64,000 nt of DNA from Eledone cirrhosa (taxonomy: Eukaryota): positions 25,978,001 through 26,042,000 of the forward strand of contig OZ024744.1 of NCBI GenBank assembly GCA_964016885.1. Reading direction: 5' to 3'. Made by a program: the position numbers and the translations under genes. Of this stretch, positions 11,545-22,120 are shown piece after piece. Below the pieces are notes generated by a model, which had not been told where the DNA came from, searched no databases, and saw only the letters and a list, made by a program, of their open reading frames with translations. Each line of letters begins with the position of its first letter. Position 1 is the first letter of the stretch.

Positions 11545-12010
11545 CACTACAGTTGATTGGAAGAAGTAAAAAAGAAAATTTAGATTGAGAAGAATGGAAT
11601 GTAAAATAGGAAAATATAAAGAAAAAATACTGGAAAAGGGAGGGAATGGTAATGACTCTTGTGTCACAGAAGAATGGGTAGTGGGGAGGAGGAGGGTGTG
11701 GTGGTAATGGAGCTGCGCCCACAGACGAGAACGCAAAAGCATTCCCGCGGACAATGGCGAACGACATCCGCTGAAACTGATACCCCACCTCACGAGGCTC
11801 CTTCCGCTGACGGGCAGCCCACGTTCCGATCTTACGGAGGAGCTGAACTGTAAGGGGTCCAAGCACGCCGGAGGTCTCCACGAAGACCGGTGTGAAGAGT
11901 AAGTGGCCAACACTCTCCGTATTTGATTATCTTCCTTTGCATGGCGGACCGCGGTCTCGGATTTTGTGGCCGAAGCGACTAAGTTGGAGGTAGGGAACGT
12001 GTGACAACAT
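11545..12010 (-). mobile_element. CRE-clade 3' fragment (RLE plus 3'UTR)
   Basis: VETSGVLGPLTVQLLRKIG...FQRMSFAIVRGNA. The 3'UTR is homologous to 1570-1745. Confidence 0.8.
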
Positions 12011-12139
12011 GATTGGTGACTTAGAATAACTCATTAAAGTATTAAATACGTGACATGCAGTCAACTGGCAGAGGTGTTAGATTATTATGTACAATAGTTT
12101 ATAACTTTATAACTATTAATCCGTGTGGTGATCAAATGG

Positions 12140-12392
12140 GGTCCCACGTGCTGGCCTCCCCACAGCCCCGGAGGACAGGATGGAGGTGTTTCCCCGGAGG
12201 ATGGTAAGGGAGATGCGCTGGAAGAGCCATTCCATCTCGCGAGGCTCACACCTGTGACTGGCCAGCTCAGCGCCTATGGTGGTGAGTAGGGAGTAGCCCT
12301 AGGGCCAAGGACACCTGTCGGAGAGCGACCGGTACTTGGAGAGTTTGGCCTCCTCAGCCCGACCTGCAGCAGTACCTGGGTTAGTCGCTACG
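12140..12392 (-). mobile_element. CRE-clade 3' fragment (same subfamily as 9360-9540)
   Basis: cccacagccccgg...tttccccggagga...gcgctggaa...ctggccagctcagc aligns with 9368-9530. Confidence 0.8.
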
Positions 12393-12721
12393 AAATGCCT
12401 TATAATATTTAGTTTGGTTTGTTTTTGTTATTTTTGTGGCGAGAGTGGTGCGAGTGAATGGGCCTGCTCTGAATATATACTTGTAAATTGGAGGTACTCA
12501 ACCCGGGTGAAGAAAGTTCTCGGGTGGTGAGGGTGACCATCGATCTTTGTTAGCTTCACTTCGATTAACTCTTGATACCCTCGCCCCTATTACCCTATTA
12601 CTCCACATTACGTGTTCCAGTCAACAGACTGAGCCCCTGCTGGAGCTTAATTTTATGTGTTGTTTACATTATTTCATTTTAGTAAAGATAAAATCCACAA
12701 CAAATAATTATTTCTTCCATC

Positions 12722-14855
12722 TGTGTGACTGGTTGTGTGTGTATGTTAGGTTGTGTGTGTATGTTTGGCTGTGTGTGTGTATGTTTGGTTGTGTGTGTGT
12801 GTTGGTTGCGTGTGTATGTTTGGTTGTGTGTGTGTATGTTTGGTTATGTGTGCGTGTGGCCCTGTGTGTGTGTATGTTTGGTTGTGTGTGTATGTTTGGC
12901 TGTGTGTGTGTTTGGTTGTGTGTGTGTATTGGTTGCGTGTGTATGTTTGGTTGTGTGTGTGTATGTTTGGTTGTATGTGTGTATGTTTGGTTGTGTGTGT
13001 ATGTATGGCTGTGTGTGTATGTTTGGTTGTGTGTGTGTGTTGGTTGTGTGTGTGTTTGTTTGTGTGTGTTTATGTTTGGTTGTGTGTGTATGTTTGGTTG
13101 TGTGTGTGCATGTTTGGTTGTGTGTGTATGTTTGGTTGAGTGTGTGTTTGTTTATGTGTGTGTATGTTTGGTTGTGTGTGTGTATGTTTGTGTGTGTGTA
13201 TGTTTGGCTGCGTGTGTATGTTTGGTTGTGTGCGTGTATGTTTGGTTGTGTGTGTATGTTTGGTTGCGTGTGTGTATGTTTGGTTGTGTGTGTATGTTTG
13301 GTTGTGTGTGTGTTTGTTTGTGTGTGTATGTTTGGTTGTGTGTGTACGTTTTGTTATGTGTGTGTATGTTTGGTTGTGTGTGTATGTTTGGTTGTGTGTC
13401 TGTGTGTTTGGTTGTGTGTGTGTTTGGTTGTGTGTGTATGTTTGGTTGTGTGTGTATGTTTGGTTATGGGTGTATGTTTGGTTTTATGTATATGTTTGGT
13501 TGTGTGTGTGTGTTTCGTTGTGTGTGTGTTTCGTTGTGTGTGTGTGTTTCTATGTGTATGTTTGGTTGTGTGTGTGTGTATGATTGGTTGTGTGTGTGTA
13601 TGATTGGTTGTGTGTGTGTATGTTTGGTTATGTGTGCGTGTGGCTATGTGTGTGTGTATGTTTGGTTGTGTGTGTGTATGTTCGGTTGTGTGTATATAGG
13701 TTTGGTTGTGTGTGTGTTTGGTTGTGTGTATATATGTTTGGTTGTATGAGTGTATGTTTGGTTGTCTGTGTATATGTATGGTTGTGTGTGTGTATGTTTG
13801 GATGTATGTGTGTGGCTGTGTGTATGTTTGGTTGTGTGTGTATATCTTTGGTTGTGTGTGTGTGTATGTTTGGTTATGTGTGTGTATGTTTGGTTGTGTG
13901 TGTATGTTTAGTTGTGTGTATGTATGGTTATGTGTGTGTATGTTTGGTTATGTGTGTGTATGTATGGTTGTGTGTGTGTGTATGTATAGTTGTGTGTGTT
14001 TGTATGTATAGTTGTGTGTGTGTTTGGTTGTGTGTATGTATGGTTATGTGTGTGTATGTTTGGTTGTGTGTGTATGGTTCTGTGTGTATGTATGGTTATG
14101 TGTGAGTATGTATGGTTATGTGTGTGTATATATGGTTATGTGTGTCTATGTATGGTTATGTGTGTGCATGTATGGTTATGTGGGTGTATGTATGGTTATG
14201 TGTGTGTATGTATGGTTATGTGTATGTATGTATGGTTATGGGTGTATGTATGGTTGTGTGTGTGTATGTATGGTTATGTGTGTGTATGTATGGTTATGTG
14301 TGTATGTATGGTTATGTGTATGTATGGTTATATATGTGTATGTATGGTTATGTGTGTGTATGTATGATTATGTATGTGTATGTATGGTTGTGTGTGTGTA
14401 TGTATGGTTATGTGTGTATGTATGGTTGTGTGTGTATGTATGGTTATGTATGTGTATGTATGGTTGTGTGTGTGTATGTATGGTTATGTGTGTCTATGTA
14501 TGGTTATGTGTGTATTTATGGTTATGTGTATGTATGGTTATATATGTGTATGTATGGTTATGTGTGTGTATGTATGGTTATGTATGTGTATGTATGGTTG
14601 TGTGTGTGTATGTATGGTTATGTGTGTATGTATGGTTGTGTGTGTATGTATGGTTATGTATGTGTACATATGGTTATCTGTGTGTATGTATGATTATGTG
14701 TGTTTATGTATGGTTATGTGTGTGTAAGTATGGTTATGTGTGTGTATGTATGGCTATGTGTGTGTATGTATGGTTATGTGTGTGTATGAATAGTTATATG
14801 TATATGTATGTTTGTGTGTGTGTATGTTTTGCTATGTGTGTACACGTGTGTATTA
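12722..14855. repeat. Complex GT-rich minisatellite (gtgtgtatgtttggtt changing to gtgtgtatgtatggttat)
   Basis: Direct reading. It is the source of the long C/V/M ORFs. Confidence 0.95.
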
Positions 14856-14927
14856 TGTCCGCTCCTCTTAAATGTCTTTCAATCTAACAAAACCCACTAT
14901 CTATCTTTTTTATATCTCTCTTCCCAC

Positions 14928-14961
<34 letters not shown>

Positions 14962-14972
14962 CTGTGTATGTG

Positions 14973-15015
<43 letters not shown>

Positions 15016-15521
15016 ATGTGTGTGTGTTTGTGTATGTATATATGTATATATATATATATATATATACACACATTTCAATCTTTCGATCTCTATCTTTTTT
15101 CTCTTTCTCATTCTCATCGTACACCCTCTACCTCCTCAGATTTCATCCTCTCCCCCTCACCCCCTCTACTTCACCTGTTCAGGCGTTTGAAATAAAATAC
15201 GGGACTAGATATTAAATTATGATAAATCACTACTTCAAATGTATTTCAGATGGATTTAAGGCTTTGTAAGCAAACATTTTCAAACGATATTGAAAGTAAA
15301 TAGATCTGAGATTCAACTCTTGGTTGTGATTAATATTAATTCCAAAGACCGTAATTCCTCACATGTTTAGTATTAGTGAAACTCTATGTGGTCTTTGAGA
15401 GTAATTATCATTTTTGTAGGCAAAATAAGTGAAATTAAACGAAAATAAATTAAACGGTACGATTTTGTGAGTGTATACACACAACTATATATATAGAAAC
15501 ACATACATTAACACCACCACC

Positions 15522-15554
<33 letters not shown>

Positions 15555-15555
<1 letters not shown>

Positions 15556-15756
15556 GGAAAAAGTATGACCCCGACGGCAGAGCTCAAGCCGTTTCGACGG
15601 CTAATTCTGGACTCAAAGTCCAGATTTAGCCGTCGAAACGGCTTGAGCTCAGCCGTCGGGGTCCTACTCGTTCCTATTATCCACTCTACTACCCTAAGTA
15701 TTGAGTACTTTGGTGCGTTATGGTCCACCTGGTTCCTTACCACATTTCCTTCGTTA
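15555..15756 (-). mobile_element. TA-inserted fold-back element, copy 2
   Basis: It is the reverse complement of 503-692, with ~60-bp arms carrying a few mismatches, loop caa at 15614-15616 and (TA)n flanks. Confidence 0.8.
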
Positions 15757-15900
15757 TATATATATATATATATAGAAGCATACATGCGTACACACACAGA
15801 TACACACACATATATATATATATAACAAATGAATAGTTAATAAATGAACGAACAAATTGTTTACAGATACATTAGGTTTATGCTTGGTGGAAGTGAAGGA

Positions 15901-15940
15901 GGTTTTGACGTTTGGGACAGAAGTCCTTCATCAGGAAAGT
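15901..15940 (-). ncRNA. Penelope-type minimal hammerhead ribozyme motif, core-mutated
   Basis: The minus strand reads CUGAUGA-A-GGAC-UUCU-GUCC-cAA-ACGU-C. Stem II and the palindromic ACGU helix III are intact, but GAAA has become CAAA. Confidence 0.6.
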
Positions 15941-16284
15941 TAGGATAGTGGGAAGAACAGAAACTCCTAGGAGGGGTAAGGAGGGTTAAGAAAGAAAGTT
16001 AGAAGGTAAAAAAAATGAAAAAATAAAAAGTAAAAATATAAATAAAAGGGACAGGGTAGTATAAGTCTAGAGGGGGGTGAGAGCGAGATAAATAGATAGA
16101 TAGAGAGAGAAAGGGATAGAGAGAGAGAAAGAGAGGGAGAGAGAGAAAGAAAGGGAGAAAGAGAGAGACATGTGTATGTAATATAAGTAGAGTAATTAAA
16201 AGGGTTCATAACGATTTTCAAACAATACAGCATGGTTCTGTGCCTAATAAGTTTGTAGACATCCCATAAGAGAGTTGTGATGTA

Positions 16285-16362
16285 CCGTAGCTCGACAGTA
16301 CGCCGGAGGTCTCAACGGTAACCGGTGTTAAGAGGAAGCGGCCGGACAAACCCCAGTATTAG
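16285..16362 (-). mobile_element. Small CRE RLE fragment
   Basis: The minus strand reads GLSGRFLLTPVTVETSGVL, homologous to 1372-1412. Confidence 0.7.
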
Positions 16363-18194
16363 TTACGGAGGGCAAGAATCCTTAGCGAAAAACGTAGATC
16401 ATTATGATTTCTTCATCCTTCTCAAGAACATTACAGAAGTTACTCACTGTAAAGAACTTTACCTAATGTTTGAACAATTTCAGCATTTCAGCTTACAGAA
16501 TGCTTACATCTAATTCTATTAGGTTTTTTATGTTGAATGACTTACTTAGAAGAAATTGCACAGAGCCGAAGATCATTTTCAGGGCTTCCAGTATAGTTGC
16601 GACGAAGGTAGCCACAGAGTTAAACCGAATGGTTGCTACAGAAGCGAATCAGCTAAAGGCATCTATGGACCAAGTGGTGATATTAAACAAGGCGACGGAT
16701 TTTTAACGAGCGTTTTCTTTGATGCATTGGCAGAATAAATTAATTATACTTGCAGAAAAAGTGTTATTATTTAACGGACGCTAACGGAAGTGTTGACATT
16801 TGAAATTTTTAACAGAAGTGAATCTTGAAATAAGCAATAAACTATATATAAGAATATTTATTTTTGTTTAATCAAGAGCTAAGAAAATTAGTACATAAAT
16901 TACATAATATTCATTAATAATTTATTCAAAATAATCCAACTTATTTTAATAACATGTTCAGAAAAAATAATTCTCACACAGTCTCGCAGTTCTCTAATCA
17001 TTACATGTAAGATTTAATGGGTGAATGACATCGTGTTTCTAATTCCTTGTTCTTTAATAACCAACATCAAATATTCCTTTCCTCATATTGTTTGTTAGGG
17101 ACTATAATAGGACCTTTAATAAACCTAATTACTGGAAAATCAAATATATATTATAGGATAAATAGATAGGAAAGTATGATGTTCATACTTTTCTTAGTCG
17201 TACTAACAACGCTATGTTCGTCAAGTCTTTTTCTGTTGTGCGTGAGGGATTTCGTCCTCTGGTGAGTGACACTGGATAGCATTTTTATGACTCTTATGGA
17301 AGCTGTAATGGTTACCTGTTTTGCGAACGTCAGGGTTGAATTGTGTCTTACTGTAAAACTACTCTGAGCAGTCAGCTAACATGAAGTACTGGAGGGTATT
17401 TTTGTTACGAAAGTGAACAAACTCATATTTATTATGTGCATCACTGGTAATAAGAAAAACGATTACATTGCATTCTTTCAGCTGGAAAAAAACGCCATTA
17501 TTTAGAAGAGTAGAAGAGTATATCATATCAAAGCATTGTATAACGAACCAGCAATATAAGTCAACTTAATCTTGAAGGTACTAATACCTTTATAGATATT
17601 TAATTTCCACTACCTTAATTGTTAATTTTGTTTTCTTAAAATACTATGCATCATATAATATAAGTTTCTTTATATTAAAAAAAAAGAAAACTTTAAAATG
17701 TCATTATGACATCGACTAAACTATATTTGTTCACACAGCAACACGGCTTTTAAACTTTGTATAATTTTCAAGCAGGAATCCGTTTTATAATTCTGATTCT
17801 GAACTCTGCAACATCTGCATGTAACTCTTCCTGTGAAACACTAATAGTTTTTACAAAGGTTTGTTCTCGTTAATTTCTCTATTCATCAAATCAAGTTTAA
17901 TTAATAAAATAAATATATTTGATCAAAGAGTTTGTTTCAGGCGTTTTGAACACAGAATGAATGAGAAATTTCGAATTTACTTAATCATCTTAACAGACAT
18001 TTAAATTTTTTGTATCGGTTTAGCTTATTATTTTTATTTGTTTTTTTTTTCGTTTTGTTTCTCTTTGCTTTGTTTCCTGTTTTTCATTTTTTATCATTAC
18101 GCGAGAAATTCTAAACTCCGATTCGCCTCTAGTGAAGCATGGAATAAATACAATTATATTTTTGACTACGCACAAATATTCTATATGCGGTATA

Positions 18195-18465
18195 TATGTA
18201 CGTATGTATGCATGTATCTATGTATAAACACATACATACATACATACATACATACATACATACATACATAGATACATACATGCATACATAAATACATACA
18301 GACATAGAAACATGTATACCTACCTACATATATATATATATATATATGTAATTATTATACCATATTATATTACATTATATTATATAAAATATACAATATA
18401 TATATATATTTAAATGTGTGTGTGTGAGTGTGCGTGTGTGTTTGCATGTGTGTGTGTGTGTGTGC
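18195..18465. repeat. (CATA)n/(TA)n/(TG)n compound microsatellite
   Basis: Direct reading. Confidence 0.9.
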
Positions 18466-18738
18466 GGCGAAATGTCAACAAGAAATAAGAACGCTTTCTA
18501 TTTATAATCAGAGCTAATAATTATTAACTTTCATTCATATTGCATTTACAACCAATTATTTCATCAACTAACAAACCCAGCAGAGCCGCCATTGATAGCC
18601 GTTTGGTCATATCTTCAGGCAAATACCTATACAAAATTGTTTATGTATATACATATTGGGGGAGGGGAGCAACGTTTCTTTCCGTTTTATGTTATTCCAT
18701 ATTTTTTTTTTCAAAAAAATCGAACCTTGAAATACTCA

Positions 18739-18864
18739 CTCTTCTTCTTCTTCTTCTTCTTCTTCTTCTTCTTCTTCTTCTTCTTCTTCTTCTTCTTCTT
18801 CTTCTTCTTCTTCTTCTTCTTCTTCTTCTTCTTCTTCTTCTTCTTCTTCTTCTTCTTCTTCTTC

Positions 18865-18895
<31 letters not shown>

Positions 18896-18912
18896 TCTTC
18901 TTCTTCTTCTTC

Positions 18913-18943
<31 letters not shown>

Positions 18944-19154
18944 TCTTCTTCTTCTTCTTCTTCTTCTTCTTCTTCTTCTTCTTCTTCTCCTTCTCCTCCT
19001 CCTCCTCCTTCTTCTTCTTCTTCTTCTTCTTCTTCTTCTTCTTCTTCTTCTTCTTCTTCTTCTTCTTCTTCTTCTTCTTCTTCTTCTTCTTCTTCTTCTT
19101 CTTCTTCTTCTTCTTCTTCTTCTTCTTCTTCTTCTTCTTCTTCTTCTTCTTCTC
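18739..19154. repeat. (CTT)n ~415 bp with (CTC)n interruptions
   Basis: Direct reading. Confidence 0.97.
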
Positions 19155-19268
19155 CAAGCTCATGGATGTTATCCAACCATTTTGCTCGGGGTACCTGTTG
19201 GTTTAGCCTATAAAATCTGTCCAGTAATTCTTTCCTGAGACATTCTAACCACATGTCCATAGTATCTC
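19155..19268 (-). mobile_element. RTE/Expander-like LINE C-terminal fragment
   Basis: The minus strand reads RYYGHVVRMSQERITGQIL*AKPTG..RAKWLDNI. It shares gatactatggacatgtggttagaat with 60048-60072. Confidence 0.75.
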
Positions 19269-19500
19269 TTCCTCATTTTAAATATTATCGTGAAACTGTA
19301 GTGACTTTAGAATTAACAGAGCAGTTATCACTTGGTAAAAGACACAGTCATTGTATTCTTTAAAACTTGCTGCTTTAGACCAAGATTTCCGACTGACATT
19401 TCTAAATGAGGAACAAGGCAACTTTCCGGCACTAACAATGATTGATGCGTCCTCTGAAAATTCAATGTAGCTTATCGTTTTTATTATTTTTGTTTCGTTT

Positions 19501-19722
19501 GGGGGCGGTGGATTTGCATTATCGGTAGAGCATCTGACAACATGACTAGCAGCATAGAGTTACGCCCCTTTAAATTCTGAGTTCGAATGTCGCCGAGGTT
19601 AGCTTTATCTTCCATCTTTACTGGTCGATAAATAATGCACCCGTAATGCATTGGGGTCGATTTAATCGAATTTACCATCCCCCAAGATTGTTGGCCTTGT
19701 GCATAAATCAGAAACCATTTGT
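19501..19722 (+). mobile_element. Octopus-type SINE, near full length
   Basis: Head ggcggtggatttgcattatcggtagagc, B-box-like gagttcgaat, core gccgaggttagcttt...ggtcgataaa, tail ggccttgtgcataaatcagaaaccatt. Confidence 0.8.
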
Positions 19723-20345
19723 TTTGTTTTGTTATATTTTAAAGATAGTTGTGTGGATATTCATGTGTCTTTTCTTGACTGCACACACCCTGGACCTATG
19801 TACCAGCTGAACCTCCCTACCTTGTATGGGCACTGCATGAGTCTCTTTCTATCGTTAAAGGTGAATGAACATAAACTCCGTTCATGTTATCCATCTAGGA
19901 AGGCCGCTGAAATGTTAGGGATGAAACCTATCCCTACAGATCAAACCCCCATAAAAAAAGCATTAAAAAAAAATATTTTTCAGAAACTTCAGAAGCGATA
20001 TTGACCTCTTCAAAGTCCCAACCACAACCCCATAGAGGTCAAGCAAACAATCTTAGCTAATTAAAAATCAACAATAACTACAAACAAAACATCCACAAAC
20101 AAAGCCCATCACAAGCGCACTTATTTTCTTAATTCATCAAATCACTTTGTTTTTGTATCTGTCTATATTGAATTTTTATCAAAAGCACAAAGGAAAATTT
20201 CCATTTTACCGCCTCTATTCTGTAAGAGACATTTAGTTGAGAGAGATTCTATGTAAACATGTCTGACAATGTGTAATTAACCTAGCTTTCGGAAGAAGTA
20301 AAGGAAAAATAAGAAAGTAACTTTTCATACCTTTCTATGAATGTG

Positions 20346-20672
20346 CATACACACACCCACATCCACCCGTAATACACACACACACCCACATCCACCCGAA
20401 ATACACACACACACACACATCCACCCGCAATACAAACACACACACACGCACCCACATCCACCCGCAGCACACACACACACACCCACATCGAACCGCATCA
20501 CACACACACATCCACCCGCAACACACACACACACACACATCCACCCGCAACACACACACGCACATCCACCCGCAACACACATTCACATCCACCCGCAACA
20601 AACACCCATACACACATCCACCCGCAACACACACACACACACACATCCACCCGAAACACACACACACACACC
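20346..20672. repeat. Minisatellite cacatccacccgcaa(ca)n
   Basis: About a dozen units with a variable CA run. Confidence 0.9.
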
Positions 20673-20866
20673 TATATATATTATATAAATCAGAATGGAT
20701 GCAGTAAAACCCTATTAGACCATACTAAAAAATTAGGTATTAGGATTGGTGCTCTTTCGCCGAAAAGAAGTGACATGGTCACTACTTTAAAACTGAGAGC
20801 GCAAGGTCTTGTAAATGTTTTTAATTAAACATACGGTATATTGCCAAATATACTAAACATACATTA

Positions 20867-20964
<98 letters not shown>

Positions 20965-20965
<1 letters not shown>

Positions 20966-21118
20966 CTCTGCGGTGTTGAGACCAGGGAGACCACTAATCA
21001 TGAGAGTACTCAATGCATGTTGAGATGCAGAGTGGATAAAGAGATGTGAAATTCAGGGCGCAGCGTCTAGTGGTCTCCGCTTGTATCTAAAACGCTTGAC
21101 GACGGGATCAGGATTTAA

Positions 21119-21120
<2 letters not shown>
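20965..21120. mobile_element. Short element between (GA)n and (TC)n, related to the TA fold-back family
   Basis: It shares the gtactcaat...agagtggataa motif with the 15555 copy. Internal inverted repeat ggagaccacta / tagtggtctcc. Confidence 0.45.
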
Positions 21121-21211
<91 letters not shown>

Positions 21212-21409
21212 AGATTATGCATACTCTCACTCACATGATATTTATTTTTGTAGTTGTTTAGGTCAGGATTTATTGACCGTTCCAGTTAGTTTTTAAGGTC
21301 GCAATGTATCTAAGACTACATCACCGACTTTGTCCTTTATTTTTAAAAGATGTTACAGAGCATGAGTTGGAGTAGATTTCGCTTTAGAAAAACCAATAAT
21401 GATAAGACG

Positions 21410-21485
21410 ACTGTGGAATTTTACCTTCTGAGTTCAAATTTAACTGAGGTTAACTTTCCCTTCCATTGTTGACGGATTGAACAAA
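21410..21485 (+). mobile_element. SINE fragment
   Basis: ttctgagttcaaatttaactgaggttaactttcccttccat. Confidence 0.6.
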
Positions 21486-21629
21486 CAATCAGATCGATCC
21501 AGCTGCCTACCTTCCATTACTTGTGAACATGGTTCTAGAAATACTTGATCTCCTACACATACTTCAGTAGAACTTTATTCTGATGTAGAGTGCACTGCAC
21601 AGACTATCATGGAAGGACGAGCGTCTCAG

Positions 21630-21895
21630 TCTTCATAGCACTGACTTACTGACTTTCATTCGTGCCATGCAGCACTCGGCATCAAACCTATCAACTACAC
21701 GTCCAGGATCACTTTTTGACGAGTTGAATAGTACCACGACGTCGACAAATTCCTGCCGACTGTAACTACACCTGCCAGTCTTTATACCTCTTACAACCTT
21801 GCTGCGCCTGTCAATCCTGTTCATAAAGATTATGAACAGAAGAGGTATCAATACATACCCTTAACAGATTCCAACCCACACATTGAATTCTAAAC
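21630..21895 (-). mobile_element. RTE/Expander-like LINE reverse transcriptase fragment
   Basis: FNVWVGIC*GYVLIPLLFIIFMNRIDRRS...FVDVVVLF...DRFDAEC..RMKVSKS corresponds to the QG..PLLF and FADD regions of an RTE RT. Confidence 0.75.
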
Positions 21896-21945
21896 TATTA
21901 GCCACCTTATAAATCTCGCAGTGAAATTGTAACCGTTTATACATA

Positions 21946-21975
21946 CTAGGGGGCTTCAAAAAGTTCGTGCAAAAT
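21946..21975 (+). repeat. Mariner left terminal inverted repeat
   Basis: It pairs with 57894-57923 and resembles the recalled Hsmar2 TIR cgaggggtcttcaaaaagttcatggaaaatg. Confidence 0.85.
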
Positions 21976-22008
21976 TACAGTTTGAGAAAATGGTTTAAGT
22001 TATAATCA

Positions 22009-22120
22009 TTATTTTCTAATATATGCTCCATCTAGGTCAATACACTTCTGCAAGCGTTGATACCAGCCTTTAAGTACATCTGTGTAAAACTGAGGGACAT
22101 GTGATTTAAACCATGACAAA
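22009..22120 (-). pseudogene. Mariner transposase C-terminus
   Basis: LSWFKSHVPQFYTDVLKGWYQRLQKCIDLDGAYIRK* is a typical mariner end (W..R.QKC...G.Y..K). It overlaps the first satellite monomer. Confidence 0.88.

Noticed and set aside
12547-14887. Long Cys/Val-rich ORFs (up to 400 aa)
   Set aside because: They are translations of the GT-rich minisatellite and are open in several frames.
18540-19260. Poly-L/F/K/R/E ORFs
   Set aside because: They are artefacts of (CTT)n.
19501-19600. tRNA gene
   Set aside because: It has only A/B-box-like remnants within a SINE head, with no cloverleaf.
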